Source of the DNA: Chrysomallon squamiferum
Lineage: Eukaryota > Animalia > Mollusca
Assembly: GCA_012295275.1 (NCBI GenBank)
Contig: CM022667.1
Coordinates: 10,292,001-10,356,000 of the forward strand
Direction: 5' to 3'
Length of the DNA stretch: 64,000 nucleotides
Below are positions 1 to 13,513 of the stretch, piece after piece (position 1 is the first letter of the stretch; each line of letters starts with the position of its first letter). The translations under genes were made by a program, and so were the position numbers. The notes beneath the pieces were generated by a model. The model saw only the letters and a program-made list of their open reading frames with translations. It searched no databases and was not told the DNA's origin.

Positions 1-575
1 GTACTGTGAAGAAAAAAAAGAGAATAAGTTAGAACTGGAGATTACTATTTTGGGAATAAACAAACAAACAAACAAATAAATAAATAAATATATAAAATAA
101 TTCCAATTATAAAAATGAATATAATTCTTAATTTCAGTATCTTTATTCGCAACCAAATTACTCTGTTTCTGATGTGCTGCACTCCTAATATATCATTTAT
201 TCTCTATAAGTATGTTTCATATTGGAAACATAATAATTTTACATTCATTCATTTGGATGATAAAAATGTATTACGAAGTCTAAATCTGTAAACTTTCACA
301 ATATATCATTTATTCTAAGGATATAAATACAAAAGCAATTTAAGTATTTGTATCTACTGTGATTACAAAAGTGATAGTTCTACCGTCATTCATTTAGTTA
401 ATAAAATGCACAATAAACACTTTCTGAGATTTAAGTAATTGTATATATAGTGTGATGTCATTACCAGCATGATAATTCTACCATAGTTTATGTCAATAAG
501 AAAAACTAAAATAAAAAATATGAGAAATATAAGTTTTAGCAGTGTAATTTCAGAGATACAACAATGTACACTCAC

Positions 576-753
576 CCTTGTCTTCCTTCAATGAATATAT
601 GATCATTTGCTTTAATCAAAGCTTGGGCCAACCTAAAAACGCAAGAGTTAGTAAATTTGTAATAACAGCGATAAAATAGGCTCACGTTTCTAATATCGAC
701 ATATCTTTTGTGTACAGGTGGGCTTTACAAAACAGAAAGACATATTTTTCTTC

Positions 754-808
<55 letters not shown>

Positions 809-1449
809 TTAGAACAAAAATAAATAAAAATAACGCATTTTATGAAAGTAAACCATAAATTTCCATTTTTGTTTTCATGACAGCACTATTTAATACACTT
901 TGCTAAAATATTTCTGCAGAAATAAACTCACATATGCTCGAACGTGCTGGTCACTCTGTGTTTGGCGGCTCTTCTGTGAATTTCATAGCGTGTTTGAAAC
1001 AGCTCGTAGATATCTAAGGCCTCCTGTTAATAAGTTACAATATATCAACATATTGTCAACATTTGTGGACGTTTGGGTAATATTTTTTATCCAGTTTTAT
1101 CCAGTGCAAATCATGTCCAATACCATTTGCTGTAAATCATTTATAACGATCTTTTCTGGTATCAAAATGTATAACTTGATATAAATCAGATTATAACGAC
1201 GAGGATGATGTTGAAGATTAAGCTCCTGATGACGAATGTGATGATGGTAATGATTAAGATGATGATTACGATAATCATAATATTGATGATGAAGATATTA
1301 TGAGGATGATGATGATATTATCTCACTTTATCCCTCCCACAAATGTGATACCGCCCGTCTTCAGCTTTTAGAACTCTGGCAAACTTCTTGTAACGAATGT
1401 GATCGAAATTGCTTTTGAATCCGAGCAGATAGGTGTCTCGTTCGAAATA
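576..1449 (-). pseudogene. SAMHD1: 5'-deleted SAMHD1-like copy (C-terminal half only; continues beyond the left window edge)
   Basis: Exons 1449-1327 ([41 protein letters not shown]; lacks the IVANK..DVDKWD start), 1023-932 (EALDIYELFQTRYEIHRRAAKHRVTSTFEHM) and 632-576 (LAQALIKANDHIFIEGRQG). Donors are GTGAG. No HD-motif exons are found upstream. Intron sequence at 1-570 resembles B intron 21005-21395. Confidence 0.75.
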
Positions 1450-1892
1450 CTTTCTTTAAAATATATGTGTATAAATATTTGTGTATGTTTACTGAATATT
1501 TTATTACTGTACTGGTACGTATGTAAGCATGTGTGTAAGCATGTCTGTCTGTACGTACATAATAGTGTATGCATGTGTATATATGTATGTATATAAAATA
1601 CATTTGAAAGATAAATTCGAGATTTGACATTGTAAGTAATTGTAAATTATAACATCAGTAAACAAACAATAACAAAAAATATCCCCATATAGGAAAATTA
1701 TTTTCTTAGTATCCAATTTCTTATCTATGCTTATATATATATATATATATAAATACTGTAGGACGTTTTTGTTCACTAGAAGCACAATAAAGACAAGACA
1801 CCAAAAAAAAATAAAAAAAAATAAAAAAAAGAAGAAGAAATATGTTAATTTATTGAACGCAATTCGAACCTTATGACTAGATATCTGTCGCC

Positions 1893-2540
1893 AGATCATT
1901 CTGCCTAATAAAAGCCCATGACACGTATTAATCCGGAGGTCATAACTAATACCGCTTCTCACGACGCAGGGGAACTCACAGCTTTTTGTGGGTGCGGCAG
2001 ACCGAATCAGTCATGACAGAAATGACAGACGTAAGATAAAAATATTCTTCTGTCACAATGACGCAGTAACTATTCAAGAGATAAAGACTTAACAATATAA
2101 TTTGCTAAACGACTGAAACTTTACAAAAGAGCTGTAGGGTGTAGTTAGGTGATTATTATTTCAGTGTACGTTGAATGTAATGTATACCTTTGCTGTGGAC
2201 AATTAACTATACCAATCTAATATTACTCTGTACAGACACGTAAGTAATTTGTTAGCAATAGATCTATTATCAAATAAGCAGCGATTCTATGTCGTTAATA
2301 TCTATCTTTCTATCTATAGATAGATAGATATATACAGTGAAAATTATAAAATAAACCAACGGAAAGAACTGCTAGAAACGATCGTGATATAAAAAATACA
2401 ATAAAGAAAAAAGATAAATGAAAAGCGTGTAAGTTTCGTTTTTGATTTCCTCAGATTTAAATATAGAACGTGTTGACCGGAGTCTGAAAAATATTTCAAG
2501 TCTGCACATTAATTTGTAACATCTATAAGGTGAGTTAAAA
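1893..2540 (+). promoter_or_regulatory. Duplicated promoter + first-exon block (copy 1, of the pseudogene)
   Basis: Direct repeat of 5446-6100 (agatcattctgcctaataaaagccc...ggtgcggcagaccgaatc...). TATA-like TATAAAAA at 2388, AAGTTTCGTTTT at 2431, splice donor at 2530. Confidence 0.65.
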
Positions 2541-2600
2541 AAATCTGAATTTGGTAATAATCTATATGCTAATGTTACTATGACACAGCAAATATAAATT

Positions 2601-2634
<34 letters not shown>

Positions 2635-3149
2635 TGAATGTATGTATGTATGAATGTTTGTAAGTATGTATGTATGTATGTATGTATGTATGTATGTATG
2701 TATGTATGTATGTGTACGTATAAAACCATAATAAATAAAAATTATATTTTTGTCTTTTTAGTTTGTAAAATCTTCACATTTCAAAGTTGTTTATTGATAT
2801 ATTAGATTCAGTTCTGTTTATATATTAATACAAAACATGTTAAATGTAACACAAAAAGAGCACGCCACTAAATGCTTGTTACTTAGTTATCAAATTTGAA
2901 ATAAAGAAAGTGAATTAAATTAATTGTTTTCAAATTGTTCCAACTGCAAAAAAAGTCATACTTTTACAGGAAGATGCAAATTAAATTAAATTAAATTAAA
3001 TTAAAATACTGAAAAAAGCTATCATGAGACAAAAATGCCCTTGTTAGAGATTGTTAATTCCATTGATATTAGAAACTACTACTACTACAACTACTACTAC
3101 TACTACTACTACTAATAATAATAAGAAGAAGAAGAAGAAGAAGAATAGC

Positions 3150-3188
<39 letters not shown>

Positions 3189-3949
3189 GGAACGATCTTT
3201 TCCATTCTCAGAACAATTTTGAAAAACTTCACTCAATTCAGAATTGTCCAGTATGACTTTGTTGTCTGATATAGACTACCGTTAAAAAAGTCAGTCGACA
3301 GTAAAGGGATAAAATTATATGTCCAAGTGTGTTTCAGCAAATGACTATATTTGTTGGCTTAATATCAGCTATTAACAAAAGTGTTAGATATTTATTCATC
3401 CCATTTCAGTTTCCACAATATTAACAAAACAAAATAAATGTACACTTTATGTTAACTTAAATCAAACTAAATGTTTTTAAAGATTCCATTTGAAGGATCC
3501 TACCCCCACTACCACTACCTCCACTACCCCATTGCCCACGAAAGTATGCTTGTTAATGTTACAGAATGGGACAACATGCCCAAATTCACCCTAAAATTTA
3601 AAGTATGCTATGGCACCTTGTGGCACATTATCTAACAGTTAGAGGAAATCGGCGAAACTGTCATCTTTGGGTATGACGGATGGGTGAAATAAAGGTGACT
3701 GATTCTCAAATAACTGTTCATTCCCCTGCTGCCTACCAAGTACTGATTTATGGAATGACAAAAAAGTATGCCTTTCTCTTGGAAATTATTTTTTTCTCTA
3801 CCACTACAACATATGAGAGGCAATAACCTGTGATCATGATCATTCTGTCACTACTGCTGCTGCTACTACAACGATTATCATTTTTATTATTAGCATCATT
3901 ATGATTATTATCATTATTAGCATCATTATGATTATTATCATTATCATCG

Positions 3950-3995
<46 letters not shown>

Positions 3996-4129
3996 TTGTT
4001 AGAATGTGTCATGGAGCAAATCCAGGAAAGAGAATGTCAAGAAAAAGGTAACTGAATTAAGATTCTAAAACACAATAATTTTCTTATTAGGGACTATTTC
4101 TTGTTATTGTTGTTTGTTCTTGTAATTTT

Positions 4130-4188
<59 letters not shown>

Positions 4189-4213
4189 GTCGTTGTTTTT
4201 GTTATTGTTGTTG

Positions 4214-4254
<41 letters not shown>

Positions 4255-4483
4255 GTTGTCGTTGTTTTTGTTATTGTTGTTATTATTACTACTACTAGTA
4301 GTAGTAGTAGTAGCAGTTTCTATACGTGTGTTTATATGTTTACCTATTTATTTATTTATTTTAATGTTATTTAATTTTATTTTATTTTATTTTACTGTTG
4401 ATATTGCAGGACATGGATCATATTCACATTTATTTGAATAGTTATTCATTCGAAAAATTCGACCAGAAAAATCAGGATGGATT
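2460..4483 (+). pseudogene. SAMHD1-like pseudogene fragment (exons 1, 2 and 5 only)
   Basis: Exon-1 homologue ending at donor 2529/2530 (aag|gtgagtt). Exon-2 homologue 4003-4047 (..aagaaaaag|gtaact). Exon-5 homologue 4410-4492 reading GHGSYSHLFE*LFIRKIRPEKSGWI with an in-frame TAG at 4439-4441. The IFND and HD exons are missing, and no downstream exons follow. Confidence 0.85.
2606..2713. repeat. (TATG)n microsatellite
   Basis: Direct reading of the sequence. Confidence 0.9.
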
Positions 4484-4520
4484 GTTTGTTTGGTTTATCT
4501 TTAAAATTGATCTCATAAAC

Positions 4521-4561
<41 letters not shown>

Positions 4562-4732
4562 TAATAACAACTACAACAATAATAAAATTAAATTTGAAGA
4601 AAAAATTATTTAAAAAATAACGTCTGCCTGTATCCATGTTTTCTGCCCAAACAATTTATATCTATTTATTAATTTCAAAGTCTTTATCCAAATCTGTCAA
4701 CAACTGTCTTTCTGGCGCCTCCATACTTAAAT

Positions 4733-4925
4733 AAAGGGAGGTTATGCCTATCATTAGTAAGTGTCTTTTTCGAGTTAATTGTAATTATAATTGCAACTTT
4801 GAGTGTAAATCGTAATTAATAATTCAGTGGTACTGTTTTTAATTCACTGGTAGCTAAAACCCAACAACGTAATATGAACCAGTTCAATGGTGTATATATT
4901 TAACAGTCAGGTAAAAATGGACACT
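4733..4925 (+). repeat. ~190-bp dispersed direct repeat (copy 1)
   Basis: aagggaggttatg...gagtgtaaatcgtaattaata...ggtactgtttttaattcactggtagct...caggtaaaaatgg. Matches 53704-53897. Confidence 0.8.
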
Positions 4926-5445
4926 ATATTTCGCGTTATCTTTGTTTACGCCTGAAGCAGGAATAACTGGCTATACTGATTCTGTATGTTCTGTTTTGTA
5001 TCTGGATCAGTTTGATGTAACTTGTATATGAGAATTTGATTGCTGTATATTTCTAACGTAGCTGTTAGGGATAATTAAAGAAATAGAAAATATAGTATTT
5101 CAATTAATGCCAACTCCCCCGTCCTCAACCGCTAAATAAGTATGCACATGTCTAATAACTATTATCCTTGTAACATAAATATTGTGTTTTGTTTGTGTTC
5201 ATAGTGTATAGTTGATACTATATATAGTTTATACCTGTAGTATATGTACGTATATGTGCCTGTAATAATGAATCGTCACAGTTTCTTAATTGCACGGTCA
5301 GCGGCTTTATGTTAATTTATTTGGAAGCGAGTATTTTACAAACCTTGCTAAAATTTTTGGCAAAGTATTTTTTGGCTAAGGTCCAGACTTACGGTGCGTT
5401 CAGCACACAGCGACAGTTCCCCATGAGCCGTTCCACGGTTCTCAA

Positions 5446-6100
5446 AGATCATTCTGCCTAATAAAAGCCCGTAACACGTATTAATCCGGAGGACGTAACT
5501 AATACCGCTTCTCACGACGCAGGGGAACGACAGCTTTTTGTGGGTGCGGCAGACCGAATCAATCATGAAAGAAATAATATTTTACAGACGTAAGATAAAA
5601 ACATTCTTCTGTCACAGCGACACAGTAGCTATTCAAGAGATAAAGTCTTAACTATATATTTACTACACGACTGAAACTTTACAAAAGATCAAGGAATTAT
5701 AATCTGATCTCTTTAGGGTGTAGGTAGGAGATTAATATTTCAGTGCACTTTGAATGTAGTATATAAATACCCTTGTTGTGTTCAAATAAGTATACAAAAA
5801 CTAATGTTACTGTGCACAGACACGTAAGTAGTTTGTTAGCAACAGAGCTATATCAAACAAGCAGCGATTCTCTCTCGTTAATACATATAGTGAATACATA
5901 AAATAAACCAACGAAAAGAAATGTAAGATTTATGAAAGAAATAATCGCGATATAAAAAATACAACAACGAAAAAGAAGAAAAAAGTAAGTTTCGGTTTAA
6001 AAAATTCAATCTCAGTACCACATAAAACATGCCTGGATCCGGGAAGATATTCCAAGCCTGCACATTACTTTGTAGCGTCTGTAAATTAAGGTGAGTGGTA
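5446..6100 (+). promoter_or_regulatory. Promoter + exon 1 of paralogue A
   Basis: Direct repeat of 1893-2540. TATA-like TATAAAAA at 5951, AGTTTCGGTTT (IRF-like or Inr-like) at 5988-5998, strong donor AAG|GTGAGT at 6090/6091. Confidence 0.65.
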
Positions 6101-6272
6101 TAAAAACTAACGTTTTTTTTTTTGTGTTTTTATGGGTTTTTTTTTTTTTTTTTTACAATTAATTTTATTTGTCAATTTTTTCTATAAATCAGGCCGCACC
6201 CACCCAGGGAGAAATTTATTTGGAATTAATTCAATATGTTAATTTTACTATAAATCAGGCCTACACACGCGC

Positions 6273-6339
<67 letters not shown>

Positions 6340-6607
6340 CACACACAAAATAAATAAATAAAACAAAAAACAAAATACAAATAAAAAAGTAAAAAGTAAA
6401 AAATAATATAAATAAATAAACAAATAAACAAAATTATGATACTGGAGAAGCAGTAGCATTTAATTACGATTATTCTGATACTACTGCTACTACCACAACT
6501 ACTACAAATATTAACACTACTACAACTACTCCTACAAGTACTGTTAGTACTACTGCTACTGTTGTTGTTGCATTTATTGTTGTTATTATTATTACTCTTA
6601 TTATTAG

Positions 6608-6639
<32 letters not shown>

Positions 6640-9496
6640 ATTATTATTTATTATTTCTCAGATTTGATGGAGGGACAGACAGAGAACGGAGAGCCAGGAA
6701 AAAGGTAACTGAGTTCAGAAGCTAAAAAACACATTCTTTTCTTAGCATTGTTGGTGTTGTTCACTTTGTTACTGTTATAATTTCTTCTTCTTCTTCTTCT
6801 TCTTCTTCTTATTATTATTATTATTGAAAAATAGCATTCACTGTAAAGATTCAGCAATTATTGACAATCAGAAATTAAAAATGTATTTGAGCTTGTCTTT
6901 GTAGCCGAGTAGTTTATTCCTCCACCTCCGGACCGCGGGCGAGTACACAGATATATATATATATATATATATAGATAGATAGATAGATAGATAGAGAGAC
7001 AGATAGATAGATAGACAGATAGATAGATATACGAATACAAGATTACGTACGAAATTCTACGGATCAGTAAAAATACACGCATAGCCACAAACATAAAATA
7101 TGTATAAATTAGGGTTGGCAAATTACCGATAATATCAATACTGGTAAATTACCAACCGATATTCTCAATACCGGTTTTCACCGGGTTTAGTTAGTTTGTG
7201 CACAGAAAAGGTTCTTACGGGGCTTTTTGTGGACACTGTTTTCTTTTATACATACACATTTTATTTATTATTTGACACTCATCTGACAACATTATTCACT
7301 ATCCTCCTTTTCCTACCTGTCTTCAGAAAAAATCATGAAATGAACGTTTATAGAGCATAAAATGGGTACAAAAGGTATGTAAGAAACTACATGCAATAAA
7401 AGAAGAAAAAAAGCGAATTTTATAAAAAGGAAATAAGGAAAATGTACATCACATGTTTTGCAACTTTAGAGAAGTTCTGATTCATTCCTAGATACTCGAG
7501 AAATATGACTTTAAAAAACCCACAAAACATCTAGTGTCTTGGGCGACAACCGAGAAGCAGGAGCCAATCCCTTATGACTAGTCGCTAAAATGACTTAGGA
7601 TGGCACACATGTCAGCAATCAAGCAGATAAACATGGAACATTAAACAGACGAGCATCGAACTTGCATCTGAAGACATTCTAGCAACACCCGAGTAACTAA
7701 CATAATCTTATATTAACAACTAACATATCTCCCAACATAACTCGTTAAAATTTAGAAAGCCGATATTGGTGCTTCGGTAACGGTATTACCCATCAATTAC
7801 TAAAACCAATGTTTACCGGTATTTAAATACCGGTTTTCGAGCCCTAGTGTAAATACATGTACATACACATTTCAGATTTTTAATGACCCGATCCATGGCA
7901 GCATTGAAGTGGATCCTCTGAGTGTAAAGATAATAGATACGATGCAGTTTCAGAGACTTCGTTTTCTAAAACAACTTGGTTTGACTTACTTTCTTTATCC
8001 TGCAGCATCTCATAATCGATTTGAACACAGCATCGGGTAAATTACTTTTACTTATTTATGTGTACCTTTGAAGCAGAAACAGTCTATATATATTCTAAAT
8101 ACATCCATGTTATCATGACGTCATAACGTTCAGAGCAGATCGATGAGCTCTAAAGTTCCTTGTAGTCCTGTTATGACTGCTGTTGTTGCTGTCTCTTTTG
8201 TTTCTGGTTATTTATTTATTTATTTATTTATTTTATATTTTAAATTTATTTTACAGTGTTTACCATCTGTCTGGTGAGTTTGTACAGAGATTAAAGGACA
8301 AACAGAAAGAACTGAACATAAGTGAGAAAGATAAACTTTGTGTACAAATCGCTGGACTTTGTCACGACCTGGGTAATAATTTGAAGTATTCCTGTGTGTA
8401 GTAATATTTATTTATTTTAGCATTGCGTTTGGGTATGTCTTTTTCACATTTTTTGATAACATTATTTTAATTTCAAAACAAAGACTAAATTAAAATTGAA
8501 ATTTCCCAATACTAATAAACAATATTAACTTTAAAATGAAGATCTTCAAAATAATATTGGGACTGTAAGTTTTTTCACGTTGTGCTCAGACAAGCTGGTC
8601 AAAGAAAATAGCAGTGAGACCAAGAGTAGGTAATACGTGAACAAAGTGGAGAGGTCTGTCCGGAGTTACCAGTATAAGAATATTAAATATCAAGTTTTAG
8701 ATGAGGGTCATTAGATCAGAATTGTATGGAGCAGAATGTTTGACAGTCAGAAAGAACGAAGAATAGATTCTCGATCAGACAGAGATGAGAAACTTGGGAA
8801 GAATTAAAGGTGAACCCACGAATGACAGGATAAAGACATCAGGAAAGAGCCAGGGATGAAGAGCTTAAAAGACAAACTCAGAGAGATGAGGCCCCACTGG
8901 AATGGACAGATGCAGAGAACGGAAGAGAACAGCGATGTGAGAGCAACTGTTGACATGACGGTGCCGGGGAAAAAAGACCAAGAGGCGCACAAGAGAGAGG
9001 TGACTGAATGGCATCCGAAGGATCATGCAGGAACTGCAGATCATTCATAAAATTCTGGCGATCAAAAATGAGGAAGAAGAAGATTAAAATCATTATTTCA
9101 ATTTTTTGTTCAGTAAAAGAACAGCTGATTTTGCTATCCAGTCTCTGACATACAGTTCCGAATACCATCACTGTGTTATCTGTTTGTTTCATCTTGTTGC
9201 GTATTTTGTAACAGCACGTTATTAAATATTATTTTATACTGCAGGACATGGACCATATTCACACCTGTTTGATGATCAGTTCATTCCAAAGATACGACCA
9301 GAGAGATCGGGATGGAGTGTTAGTTTGGTTTATTTTAAATTTGATCTCGTAAAACAATAATAAAAATTAAAATAAATAAATAAATAAATAAATAAGTTGT
9401 TTATCATACCTGACTATATCCAAGTTTCCGTTTGAAGCTATATAATTATTTATTTATTTTTCTAATTTTTCATATTAAAATGAAGATAAATAAATA

Positions 9497-9543
<47 letters not shown>

Positions 9544-10301
9544 AACACTATTAAGACTATTATTACAACAAAAACATCTACTACTACTACTACTACTACT
9601 CTGTTTACATCGGCTAAAAACATAATTCTTTGTCATCATGTTTTGATTCAGCATGAGGAGGCTACTGAAATGATGTTTGACCATTTAATTGAAGAAAACA
9701 AACTTGATCCAGAATTTGAGAAACATGGACTGAATGAAAAGGACAAAAAATTCATAAAACTGCTGATACAGGGACTTCCTGATAAAATGGAAAAACAGGT
9801 AAGACATTAATAAACCGCTATGACCTAGGATTGACTCAAGGCTTTAGAAAGCTGAACTGAGACTTCAATGGCATCAGGTTCAATCCCACTCAGTGGCCTT
9901 CTTCCTACTTTAACCTGTACAGCTCATCACTACACTTCACACGTGTCGAAACGTTTAATTGAATTTTAATTGTGAATCTGATTATTTTATCAGTATTTTT
10001 ATTTATCTGAAATATAGTTTATGAAGAACTGTGATGTTTTATGATATATACTTTTTGTTTGTTTATTTATTTATTTAGTTAATTATTCGATTATTTTTTT
10101 TGTTCAGGACTGGGAAGAGATTGGCAGGGACGAAAGTAAAAGTTTTCTGTTTGAGGTAAAACGGTCAACTATTTGTATAAATATTATCTTAATTATATCT
10201 CTATCTCTAACATAATTTTAAACTTTGTAAATAGTATATGACATTTTCATTTTTCTGGCATTTAAAACAAAATAAATAAATAAAATACCATCATCATCAT
10301 A

Positions 10302-10341
<40 letters not shown>

Positions 10342-12844
10342 GTAATAATAATAGTAAATGATGCTGCTGCTGCTGCTGATGATGATGATGATGGACAAAT
10401 AATCATGAAATATTAAACGATAAAAATAGTTTCAAATTTTGATGTTTGGCAGTAATTAAAAAACGGAATTGCTCATATACTATTTAATAGATTTGATTTT
10501 GATTAAAAGTAAAAGCTAATTCTGTTTTTTCAGATAGTTGCGAATAAAAGTAACGGGATTGATGTCGACAAATGGGATTATTTCGCCCGAGATTGCTACA
10601 TGCTGGGATTTGAAAACCGTTTCGGTCATATTCGTTACATGAAGTTTGCCAAAGTTCTGAAAGCTGAAGATGGGCGACATCACATTTGTATGAGAGATAA
10701 GGTGAAATAGTATTCATATCATCATCATCATCATCTTTGTCATCATCTATATCGTCTTCTTATTTTTTTGTCATCTTCGCATCATTTTATTGCAATTTAT
10801 ATAAAATTCCAGAGACTTGTAATTTGAGAATCACAGTGATCCCTAAGATATTCTGCTCTTTTTAAAGCAAAATAGAAAGATTGTTTTCAAATTAGAATTG
10901 AGAAGTGTTTGCATTTTGCTCAGTCATGAACTTCTCCGAGTTAAATATCCAGTGAAATAAATAAATAAAATAGATTAAATGTAAAATTGTTATATACTTT
11001 TGTAAAAGCGACTTATATGCCAGTGAACAAATGTGTGAGTATGTATTTATGTTTTTATGTTTGTGCTATTTACTCTGAAATGGAATTGACACACAGATAC
11101 AAACAGACACATACACATAATTATGTTTAAATGTGAAATTTATTGACAGGAGGCTGTAAGTATCTACGACCTGTTTCAAACACGATATGGAATTTACAGA
11201 CGAGCAAACAATCACAGAATGACCAAAACTTTGGAGAGAATGTGAGTTTTTTTCAAACTGAATTATAGACTGAAAGTATGTAAACCAAACCCGACTTCTT
11301 TTACTTTCATAAATGAGATATTCTTAATTTATTCAGTTCAAAGTAGGCTATTTAAAATGTCAAATGTATTAATTATGTGCCGGAAATGTATTATCTGCAA
11401 TTCAGATTAAACTCGTTTTATTTTTGCCATTGTTATTACAAGTCTATCAACTTACTGTTGTTTTCTAGGTTAGTCGAAGCTATGATCAAAGCAGATGATT
11501 ACATACTAATTAAAGGAAAAGATGGGTGAGTCTACATTTTGTATTTCATAATTATTACGAATACATGATATATTATGCGTGTAAAACATCAGAAAGTCAA
11601 GAATTATTTAGCAAATATAGATATTGAAATTAAGAATCATATTAAACATCAATTTTTTCACTTGTTTTTGCTGTACAAAATTATTCCAGTATTTATGTAT
11701 TTGTATAATGACTATTTTAACTGGGCAGGATATGACTATATATTTTCAAATATATTCACTTGGAATATGTGGTACATAGTAAAGTCTTCTCTAATCCACA
11801 CTTGTTGTATTTTACAGAAAAGAAAGAAAGATGTCTGAATGTATTGACGATCCAGTGGCCTACAGCAAACTGACAGACAGCGTGTTCGAGGAAATTCTGT
11901 TTTCTGACAGTAAAGAACTTGAAGATGCAAGAAACCTTCTGAAACGAATCGTGGAGAGAAAACTGGACAAATGTGTCCTATCAAGTCCACTGCTAACAGA
12001 AACGCAGGTTCTTTTTTATTATTTTATTTAAAAATTCCTGATTTGTCTGAATTATTAATTGTTTTTAGTTGTTAAATGCCCGCTAAAAATGCTGCTGATG
12101 TACTCATATGCTTGGAAGCATGAAGAGTTAATTAATACTTCGGTGACACCCACCTTTTGTTCTCTCTTATTGAGGTACATAATCCACCATAGTATTACAT
12201 TTAGCCTTTTTTTCAATGAAATTCATTTTTCTTTTGTTTAGCTTGTTCTAAGAAAAAGAAGGGATATAATATTTGTTTGCAACAAAAATACAAGTTTGAA
12301 CGATTGGTTGATAAAAATTCTGTAATGATAAGTAAATTCTGACGTAGTCTGTTAAACAGTTTCTAGTCAGTAGTAAACAGCAGAAAAATAAATATTTATT
12401 TAATAAGTCATTTTTATAAAAACATCATTTTTGTTTCTTTTCTCTTTAACATTAATGATAAAAGATGATACTTTCATTCCATAGTTTATTTTTAACATAA
12501 TTGGTAGCAAAAGACGGACCTGTACCTTGCCACGGACAGTGAAATACATACCATGACCTTTGTTAAACAAGCTGTGAGAAACCAGCTCAGTGGGAGACTA
12601 TGTTAAAACATGTATTAGGATATTTGTTATTTGTATCACAACACTGTTATCGATATTGAATTTAAATCTATTATAAAAGATGGAAAATGAAGTGGAAAAG
12701 TTCTCACATTTGGCTTTCATTTGTTTCAGTTTAAGAAAGTCCACGATTTCCTCAGTCGCATGCCAGAAGAAGACAAACAGAAAATTGAAGACTGTTATGA
12801 AGTGGTAATGTGCCGAGAGGTTTCTTCTTCTTCTTATTATTATA

Positions 12845-12890
<46 letters not shown>

Positions 12891-12911
12891 AAATTATTTT
12901 TGTTGTTGTTG

Positions 12912-12948
<37 letters not shown>

Positions 12949-13403
12949 ATAATGTTTCTTTTTTTTAATTTTGAATAGTTCTCTTAACAAAGTAACAAAA
13001 TTAAAACAGTTTAATATAACTATTTGATGTTTTTTCAGACACATGCTGTAGTAAACAAAAATGTATATATTTAAATGTTTGAAATTTGCATTTTGCTTTA
13101 TTTCCTAACATTCAAGCTGATTCACTATGACTATATAATATTTTTTTTTTTTATATATTTAGATACTGAAGTTTGACTATGGCATAAAGAAAAAAAATCC
13201 TCTTGAAAATCATAATTTCTCCTCAAAACACCAGCCTGATGAAGCTTTTAAGCTAGAAAAAACAGAGGTGTGTTTAGGCAAATACAACAACAGAACTCTG
13301 GAAACTGAATCATGATTTAAATTGAACAACAACTTTTTAGTAATTGATATCATATTTTGATTTTCACAGAAAATGTGTGTGTGTGTGTGTGTGTATAAAT
13401 ATA

Positions 13404-13437
<34 letters not shown>

Positions 13438-13450
13438 AAAGTTATAATTA

Positions 13451-13513
<63 letters not shown>

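Noticed and set aside
6667-6704. ATG at 6667 as the start of paralogue A
   Set aside because: It is 38 nt from the donor and therefore out of frame with the phase-0 IFND exon.
9815-9960. Possible tRNA gene (GGTTCAATCCC B-box-like motif)
   Set aside because: No cloverleaf could be built; at most a decayed tRNA-derived SINE head.
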